From an uncultured delta proteobacterium (GTDB lineage: Bacteria; Desulfobacterota; Binatia; HRBIN30; BPIQ01): 64,000 nt of DNA. The stretch is from NCBI GenBank assembly GCA_963761335.1, contig CAVXGR010000013.1:192001-256000 (forward strand), read 5' to 3'. Every line of letters starts with the position of its first letter. The stretch's first letter is position 1. Below the pieces are notes generated by a model that was given only the letters and a program-made list of their open reading frames with translations, was not told where the DNA came from and did no database searches. Shown one piece after another: positions 57,384 to 64,000 of this stretch. The translations under genes and the position numbers were made by a program.

Positions 57384-59501
57384 ATGAGGCGCCGCCGGCG
57401 GTCCCGGGTCTCCATCGCCGCGGCCCTGCTGTGTGCGGCTGCCTCGGCGGGAGCCGCGCACGCCGACCTGTGCGCCTTCGTCAGCAACGCCGCCGACAAC
57501 TCGGTTTCGGTGGTGGACGTCGCCAGCGGCACGGTGACCAGGACCATCCGCGTCGGCCGGCGGCCGGCAGCGGTCACCGCGACACCGGACGGGCAGCTGC
57601 TCTACGTCGGCAATGCCGACGATCCCGACGAAGAGGTCGACCACATGCCCGGCGTTCGCGATACGCTGTCGGTCATCGAAACGGGCAGTGGGCGCACCCT
57701 GGATATGGTCGAGGTGGGCCGCAGCCCGCACGGGATCGCCGTCACTCCCGATGGCCACCACGTCTTCGAAGCCGATACCTTTCAGGGCACCGTCTCGGTG
57801 ATCGACACCAGTAACAACGAGGTGGTGCAGACGCTGCCCGCGGGGGGAGCGCCGGTGTTCCCGGCGATCAGCCCCGACGGCAGCCGCTTCTACGTCGGCG
57901 ACAGCCAGGGCGGCAACGTGCGCGTGATCGACACCGCGTCGTACCAGACGCTGAAGACGATCGCGATCACGGGTGGCCCGAGCGGGATCGCCTTCCACCC
58001 CGACGGCAGCAGGGCATATGTCGCCGCCATCGGCGCCGACGCCGTCGACGTGATCGACACCGGCTCTCTGCAGGTGGTGGGCTCGGTGGAGAACGAGTCG
58101 CACCCCTTCGCCATGGCGGTCGCACCGGGGCGCCAGACGCTGTACGTCGGCCTTCTGGGAACCGCACAGGTCGGTGCCATCGACATGCACAGCGATATGG
58201 GCATCGGCACGATCGACGTCGGCACGCCCGGCGACTTTCCCTTTTTTGCCGCGATCAGTCCGGACGAGAGGCGCCTCTACGTGGTCCTCCGCTTCGCCGA
58301 CAGCGTCGCCGTCGTCGACCTCGACACGCAGCAACGCATCGGCTCCTTCGCGACCGGCCGCGAGCCCCGCGGCATCGCCGTCCTCGACCTCGACGGCCCC
58401 TGCCCTGGCGACCGTCTTCCCGACCTATGGTCGGCGGCCACCCCGCTCTCGTCGCGGCGGCAGGAGATCGCCGGCGTCGAGCTGGGCGGTTACGTCTACG
58501 CCGTGGGCGGTCTCGCCGGCGCCTCGCAGGCGGCGGCGCAACCGCTCGCCTCGGTGGAGCGCTACGACCCGGAGCGCGACCAATGGGAGATGGTGGCACC
58601 GCTGCCGACGCCTCTGCACCATCCCGCCGCCGCCACCGTCGGCGGCAGGCTCTACGTCATCGGCGGCTTCGAGACGAGCGCCTTCACGGCCGTGGACTCG
58701 GTATACGCCTACGATCCTACCGCCGACCACTGGGAGAGCCGGGCGCCGCTCCCGGCACCGCGCGGCGCCGCGACTGCGGCGGTGATCGACGGCCGCATCT
58801 ACGTCGCTGGCGGCCTGCGCGACAGCTCCGTCGACGACTTCGCCGTCTATGACCCCGCGGCCAACCAGTGGACTTCGCTGCCGCCGATGCCGACCGCCCG
58901 CGATCATCTCGGATCGGGGGTGATTGGGGGGATCTTCTACGCCGCCGGCGGCCGCACCGCGGGCGATCTGACCGGCGTCGTCGAGGCGTACGACCCGTCG
59001 ACTGGAGCCTGGCGGAGCAACCTGGCGCCGATGCCCGAGCCGCGCGCCGCCGTGGCCGCGGCCGTCGCCGCCAGCCGCCTCTTCGTCTTCGGCGGCGAGG
59101 GAAACCCGGCGCGCAGCGACGGAACCTTCCCGCAGGTCGAGGCCTACAACCCACGCGCCGACCTGTGGGAGAGCTTTCCGGACATGCGCTGGCCCCGCCA
59201 CGGCTCGGCCGCGGTGGCGCTTGGCCGCCGGGTCGCGGTTCTCGCCGGGGGCTCCATCGAGGGATTTGGCCCAACTGCGGGCAACGAGGTCTTCACCCTT
59301 CCGGGCACCGCGTGTGCCGGCGATTGCCACGGCGACGGAAAGATCAGAGCCGTGGAAGTGAACACCGCCGTGGCCGCGCTCTTTTCGGATTACTCCGACC
59401 CGGCATGTCCACAGGTCGCGTTCGATACCGACGGCGACGGCAGAGTCGCGGCCGCGGAGGTTTTGGCGACGGTGATCAGCGCCGGCGGCTGCAGGGGTTG
59501 A
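57384..59501 (+). CDS. Secreted YVTN-type beta-propeller + Kelch propeller + C-terminal dockerin-like module
   Basis: Signal peptide (AHA|D); SVSVVD/TPDG..LYV repeats; Kelch YAVGG..YDP..W repeats; CAGDCHGDG..FDTDGDGRV..GGC. Confidence 0.85.
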   Translation: MRRRRRSRVSIAAALLCAAASAGAAHADLCAFVSNAADNSVSVVDVASGTVTRTIRVGRRPAAVTATPDGQLLYVGNADDPDEEVDHMPGVRDTLSVIETGSGRTLDMVEVGRSPHGIAVTPDGHHVFEADTFQGTVSVIDTSNNEVVQTLPAGGAPVFPAISPDGSRFYVGDSQGGNVRVIDTASYQTLKTIAITGGPSGIAFHPDGSRAYVAAIGADAVDVIDTGSLQVVGSVENESHPFAMAVAPGRQTLYVGLLGTAQVGAIDMHSDMGIGTIDVGTPGDFPFFAAISPDERRLYVVLRFADSVAVVDLDTQQRIGSFATGREPRGIAVLDLDGPCPGDRLPDLWSAATPLSSRRQEIAGVELGGYVYAVGGLAGASQAAAQPLASVERYDPERDQWEMVAPLPTPLHHPAAATVGGRLYVIGGFETSAFTAVDSVYAYDPTADHWESRAPLPAPRGAATAAVIDGRIYVAGGLRDSSVDDFAVYDPAANQWTSLPPMPTARDHLGSGVIGGIFYAAGGRTAGDLTGVVEAYDPSTGAWRSNLAPMPEPRAAVAAAVAASRLFVFGGEGNPARSDGTFPQVEAYNPRADLWESFPDMRWPRHGSAAVALGRRVAVLAGGSIEGFGPTAGNEVFTLPGTACAGDCHGDGKIRAVEVNTAVAALFSDYSDPACPQVAFDTDGDGRVAAAEVLATVISAGGCRG

Positions 59502-59682
59502 GGAAAGTTAAGCGGATTCTCCGATGAATCTGGGGGAGGTTCAGCGGCGGGGTGGGGTGAAGAGCCTACTAAACCCGGGCAAACGAGTTCGCCGACCCGC
59601 GGGCAATGTAGAAGCGGCGTCTCGCCGCTACTTCGGCGCCAAAGAGGTATGGTGATAGTGTGAGAGCGCTTGCTGGTGAGCA

Positions 59683-60615
59683 CTGGCGCTGAAGAACCAG
59701 ATTCTGTTCAGGAAGGCGAAGCAGCTCAACGAGAGGGAGCGTTTCGACATCGTCTTCGGGACGATGAACGAGATCGATGTCGGAGCCAGGGCCATCGAGT
59801 ACGTTCACTACCCGTGGGCCTACTGGCCCCGTGCAAGCAGCGACCTCCGCTGGTATCACTTCTCCCCCGCGTGCGCCTGTATCGCCGCACCGCGGCGCTG
59901 GTGTCGGGATACGACCCGCGGCGGATCGCGCAGAACGTCACGCTCGTCAACTCCGACTGGACAGGTGACGTCTTCGCGGCCTGCTACGGCTCTGGTCGGC
60001 GGACCGTCTACCCGCCGGTTACGGAGGGGGACGGGAGCGTCCCGTCGCCGAACGGCTTCGCGGATTCACCTGTATCGGGCGCATCTCGACGGAGAAGAGA
60101 CTGGATGACATCATCGGAATCCTCACGGCAGTCCGGGCACGGGGACATGATGTCTCCTTGCAGATCATTGGGCATGTCGAGTCCCCCGCCTACATGAAGC
60201 GCATCGTCGCCGCGCGGAGCCACACGGAGCATGGATCTCATTCTTTCACGAGGTGCCGCGCGAGGAGCTGGTGCAGCTGATGGTCCGCAACCGCTATGCG
60301 ATCCACGGCATGGTGGACGAGCACTTCGGGATCGCACCGGCAGAGCTGCAACGTGCCGGCTGCATCACCTTCGTGCCGAACGGCGGTGGCTCTCCCGAGA
60401 TCGTGGGCCGAGACGAACGGCTCGTCTATCGCTCCATCGAGGACGCGATCGAGAAGATCGACCGCGTCCTCTCGGACCCCGAGCTCGAGGCCGAGCTCCG
60501 TCGCGACATCGAGCTGCGCCGCGCCTGCTTCTCGGAGCACCGCTTCATGGAGGAGATCCTGGAGATCGTGGATTCGTTCGGGACGTCCGGCCGTGGAAGG
60601 CCCACGGGAGAATAG
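59683..60615 (+). pseudogene. Degraded GT4 glycosyltransferase (ALG11-like)
   Basis: Motifs split over four frame segments: YVHYP; NSDWT..VYPPV; CIGRISTEKR; EHFGIAPAE..GGGSPEIV. At least three frameshifts; 5' end missing. Confidence 0.78.
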
Positions 60616-60636
60616 CTTGCCGGCCAGTCGCGCCGA

Positions 60637-61713
60637 TTACGACGCGGCGCGCGAGAGGTCCTCGAACTCGAGCGGGCGCACGCCGGTGTACTCGGCGTTG
60701 ACCGCGTCGGCGTAGGCGCGCGACACCGTCCGCTTCATGTACCGGCGCACAGCCGGCGCGACCTCGAGCTCGTCGATGTACGACAGGTTCTGCCGCAGGT
60801 AGTAGACGCGGCCGGCGCGCACCAGCGGCGGGTCCTCGGGCTGGTTGACGCGGTCGCGCCACTCGCGGTAGGCGCGCTCCGCCGTCGCCCGCGGAACCCC
60901 GCACAGCGCCAGGGTGCCGATGCGCGTCCGCCGCGGCAGCCGGCTGTCGTTGCCGTGGCGGCCGATGTAGATGTTGGCGGCGAAGTGGGCGTAGGAGATG
61001 CCGGCGAGGTTCCGCGCCAGCGAGCCCATGCGGCGCAGTGCCAGCTTGCCGGTCTCGCGCGACATCTGCATGTGTCGCGCCTCGTCGATGGCGTGGTTCT
61101 TCAGCATGGCGCGCACGCAGGGGTGCATGTTGGGCTCGTTGATGGTGCAGCGCTCGACCGTCTTCTGGTTCACGTTCAGAGGAAAACGCGTGAAGTAGTA
61201 GTACGACAGATCGCCGCGCACGGCGCCGATCAGTGTGTGCGCCTGGAAATAGCGCGCCGCCATGCGCAGCGACACGTTGGTGGCGCGCAGCTGCTCGAGC
61301 GTCAAGCCGTAGTGGGCGAGCACCTTGCGGATGACGATGAGAAAGGCGTGCAGATGCGCCGTCTCCTCGACGACCTCGCGCGCCATGTAGAGCGCCACCT
61401 CCGGGTCGTCGTCGATGAAGCTGTGCACCGCCGCCTCGCAGTTGAGGACGTTGGTCGCCGCCTCGGCGACCGCGGTCGACAGATAGCTCTGGCAGAAGGT
61501 GAGCCGGTTGAGCTGCAGCTTCTGCTCGGCGGACAGGGATTCCCAGACCGGCTCGCCGTAGAACCAGGTCATCTCCAGCGGGAAGAGCAGGTGGTCGCCC
61601 ATGGCGGCGCCGTCGAACTCCTCCGCCGGCGCCAGAAAGTGCTCGTGCAGGCGATCCACATCCCGATCGCTGACGGCGCGCAGGCGGCGCACGTAATCGA
61701 ATTCACCCGGCAT
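60637..61713 (-). CDS. AurF-like ferritin-fold di-iron oxygenase
   Basis: LFPLE..YGEPVW..L, AVAE, EETAH, NHAIDEARH. Confidence 0.78.
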   Translation of the reverse strand: MPGEFDYVRRLRAVSDRDVDRLHEHFLAPAEEFDGAAMGDHLLFPLEMTWFYGEPVWESLSAEQKLQLNRLTFCQSYLSTAVAEAATNVLNCEAAVHSFIDDDPEVALYMAREVVEETAHLHAFLIVIRKVLAHYGLTLEQLRATNVSLRMAARYFQAHTLIGAVRGDLSYYYFTRFPLNVNQKTVERCTINEPNMHPCVRAMLKNHAIDEARHMQMSRETGKLALRRMGSLARNLAGISYAHFAANIYIGRHGNDSRLPRRTRIGTLALCGVPRATAERAYREWRDRVNQPEDPPLVRAGRVYYLRQNLSYIDELEVAPAVRRYMKRTVSRAYADAVNAEYTGVRPLEFEDLSRAAS

Positions 61714-61731
61714 CGAGCTCTCCCCGTCGCC

Positions 61732-62682
61732 TCACCTGCTATCACGCCCCGCAGGCGCCGCGGAAGAGCTTTCTGCAGCGGGCGCCAGGCGGCGCCGCAC
61801 CTCGTCGAGAGCGTTCACGTAGCCGCGACCATCGGCGAGCCGCCAGTCCTCGCAGGCGGCGCAGGGAGCCACCGAATCGAAGCGCCCCGCCAGGTGGGCG
61901 GCGCGGCGGCGTTGCGACTCGGCGCCGGCCCAGATCTCTGCGAGGGTCTCGTCGCAAACGTTGCCGAGCGGCGCGCGGGCATCCCAGTCGGCGCCGCACA
62001 TGGTCACCGTGCCGTCCTGAAGGACGACGAGCGCCTCGAAGAGCCAGGGACACGGCGGCCGGGGGCCCGCCGAGTCGGTCCTGTCGACGCGGATGGCGCC
62101 GCCGAACGAGCTCGGCGCGATGGTCATGATGAAGTCGCGGGGTCCGAGGAGCGGCTCCCACTCGCGGACGATCTCCGCCAACGACGCCTCCACCTCCGGG
62201 GTGCGCATGAACTGGATCGAGGTGATCGGCGCTTCGAAGCCCCCCGCCCGCTTGCGCCGCAGAAAGCGGCGCACGTTGTCCGTCACTCGCGCAAAGTGGT
62301 CGCGGCCGCGCATTCTCGCGTACTCGACACCCCCGAGAGCGTCCACGGAGCATTCGAGGCGATCCAGCCCGGAGCGCAGCAGGGCGTCGGCGTAAGTGTC
62401 CAGGGACACGGCATTGGTCGAGAGGCCGATGCGGCAGCCGCTCGCCTTGGCGCGCCCGATCAGCGCCACGGCGTGGCGGTGGAGCAGGGGCTCGCCGAGA
62501 AAGTGCAGCCACAGCATGGTGTCGCGAGCGGCGCACTCGGCGGCGATGCGCTCGAACACCTCCGCTTCCATGAAGCCCAGTGGACGGGTGAAATCCTGGC
62601 GCGGGCACAGCAGACAGCGCTGGTTGCAGTGGTTGGTGAGCTCGACGTTGATCCGCCGGGGAAACGGCAGCGGCACCCGCAT
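61732..62682 (-). CDS. Radical SAM/SPASM protein
   Basis: ELTNHCNQRCLLCP, GEPLLH, STNA; CPWLF..DGTVTMC..LGNV..IW..CAAC; the start could be 62706. Confidence 0.9.
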   Translation of the reverse strand: MRVPLPFPRRINVELTNHCNQRCLLCPRQDFTRPLGFMEAEVFERIAAECAARDTMLWLHFLGEPLLHRHAVALIGRAKASGCRIGLSTNAVSLDTYADALLRSGLDRLECSVDALGGVEYARMRGRDHFARVTDNVRRFLRRKRAGGFEAPITSIQFMRTPEVEASLAEIVREWEPLLGPRDFIMTIAPSSFGGAIRVDRTDSAGPRPPCPWLFEALVVLQDGTVTMCGADWDARAPLGNVCDETLAEIWAGAESQRRRAAHLAGRFDSVAPCAACEDWRLADGRGYVNALDEVRRRLAPAAESSSAAPAGRDSR

Positions 62683-62753
62683 TCGAAAACCATAGTACAC
62701 TTGCACTCGGAAGACACGGCGCGTTATTTAGGGACACTTTCTCGCACGGGGGT

Positions 62754-63488
62754 TTGGTGGGCGTTCGACTCGGGGGTATCCAGCCAGTCTATCTGCCCTG
62801 GCTCGGGTACTTCGACCAGATGCAGCGCGTCGACGTTTTCGTCATCGCCGACGAGATGCCCTACTCTTCCTCCGGGTGGCTGCACCGCAATCGCGTCAAG
62901 GGTCCCAATGGTCCGCAATGGCTGACGCTGCCGGCCCGGCCGCGGCACGGAGAACGCATCGACGAGGTTCGCCTGGCGGCAGAGGTGCCCTGGCTGCGCA
63001 AGCACATGGGCACCTTGCGGCACCTCTATGCGCGCGGCACAGACGCCCATGAAACCATGGACGCCCTCGAGAACGTCCTCGAAGAGGGCGCCGAGCGCCT
63101 CGTCGGGGTTTCGGTTCCGTGCCTCCGCTTCATGATCGAGCGCCTCGGCATCCGCACGCCGGTGGTGATCTCCTCCGAGCTCGGGCTCGAGGCGGGCTAC
63201 GCGGCGCGCTTCCCGGAGCGCCCCAGCCCGACCCACCGCATCATCGCCTACATGGAGGCCCTCGGCGCCACCGAGCTGCTCGAGGGAGAGAGCGGTCAGT
63301 CCTACTTCGACGTGCCGCTGTTCGAGTCCTTTGGCATGCGGGTCCGCTTCCACCGCTATCTGCACCCGGAGTACCCGCAGCTGCACGGGCCGTTCATCTC
63401 TCACATGTCGGCGCTCGATCTGCTCCTCTGCAGCGGCCACGAGCGCGCTCGGCAGGTGCTCGCCAGCGGACGGCTGCGCGATGACTGA
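62754..63488 (+). CDS. WbqC-family protein
   Basis: QPVYLPWLGYF, WLHRNRVK, WLTLP, YPQLHGPF..MSALDLL. Confidence 0.9.
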   Translation: MVGVRLGGIQPVYLPWLGYFDQMQRVDVFVIADEMPYSSSGWLHRNRVKGPNGPQWLTLPARPRHGERIDEVRLAAEVPWLRKHMGTLRHLYARGTDAHETMDALENVLEEGAERLVGVSVPCLRFMIERLGIRTPVVISSELGLEAGYAARFPERPSPTHRIIAYMEALGATELLEGESGQSYFDVPLFESFGMRVRFHRYLHPEYPQLHGPFISHMSALDLLLCSGHERARQVLASGRLRDD

Positions 63489-64000
63489 CGGCTCACTGCG
63501 CGTCTCGGTCGTCATCGCGCTCTACAACGACGCGGCAACCGTGGAGGAGCTGGCGAGGCGGATCGCCGCCACTCTCGACAGCCGCGGCACCTCGTATGAG
63601 ATCCTCTTCATCGACGACGGCAGCGCCGACGGCACCGCGGAGATCCTGCGTCGCCTCGAGGCCGAGGACGAGCATATTCGCGTCTTCGAGTTCACCCGCA
63701 ACTTCGGGCAGGCGGCGGCGCTCGCCTGCGGGCTGGCGGCGGCGCGCGGCGAGGTGACCCTCACTCTCGACGGCGATCTGCAGAACCCGCCCGAGGAGAT
63801 TCCGCGCCTGCTCGAGGCCATCGACGCCGGCGCCGAGGTGGTCACGGCGCGGCGCGGGCGGCGCTACGAAGGCCTGATCCGCTGGGTCGGCTCGCGCGCC
63901 GTGCACTGGCTCGCCTGCCGCCTGACCGGCGTCCTCCTCGAGGATTACGGCGGCAACTTCAAGGGCTACAACCGCGCCGCGCTCGAGGCCACCAAGGGCG
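63481..64000 (+). CDS. GT2 polyprenyl-phosphate glycosyltransferase (ArnC/GtrB/DPM1-like), runs off window
   Basis: SVVIALYND, FIDDGSADGT, RNFGQAAA, TLDGDLQNPPEEIP; overlaps the wbqC end. Confidence 0.9.
   Translation, partial: MTDGSLRVSVVIALYNDAATVEELARRIAATLDSRGTSYEILFIDDGSADGTAEILRRLEAEDEHIRVFEFTRNFGQAAALACGLAAARGEVTLTLDGDLQNPPEEIPRLLEAIDAGAEVVTARRGRRYEGLIRWVGSRAVHWLACRLTGVLLEDYGGNFKGYNRAALEATKG

Overview
GC-rich bacterial chromosomal window. Several features suggest a deltaproteobacterial-type lineage such as Candidatus Binatia (inference only): hemL directly upstream of the F0 ATP synthase genes, a Geobacter-like pilin with a sigma54 promoter, and many secreted proteins with Thr/Pro linkers and 'CAGDCxxDG' dockerin-like modules. 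1-8.5 kb holds housekeeping and metabolic genes (atpB/atpI/atpZ, hemL, thrH, nagZ, LLM oxidoreductase, asd, GNAT, acyl-CoA synthetase). 8.6-26.4 kb is a cell-surface island. It contains a two-repeat lipoprotein, a type IV pilin with all Geobacter-type aromatic positions, two Hsp20 genes, an orphan MurG homologue converging on an STT3/AglB-type oligosaccharyltransferase, and two tandem dockerin-like/Ig proteins. It also has two NHL-repeat lipoproteins, the larger fused to a cytochrome P460-family domain and a C-terminal c-type cytochrome. 27.4-64 kb is a large, apparently undescribed lipid/glycan tailoring cluster. It has three paralogous radical SAM/SPASM enzymes plus two other radical SAMs, three paralogous GT-C-like membrane proteins, and two paralogous sterol-desaturase-family enzymes. 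It also has a NamH/CMAH-like MBL-fold enzyme, a Rieske oxygenase, a ferritin-like di-iron/SCP2-like/ferredoxin triad, an AurF-like oxygenase, a WecD-like GNAT, WbqC, a GT2 and a decayed GT4. The cluster is interrupted by a putative TA pair, an arylamine N-acetyltransferase and a STAND regulator. Several intergenic spacers carry inverted arrays of 7-8-nt tandem repeats. No rRNA, tRNA, CRISPR array, integrase or transposase was seen. All calls come from motif recognition by eye; no database search was run.
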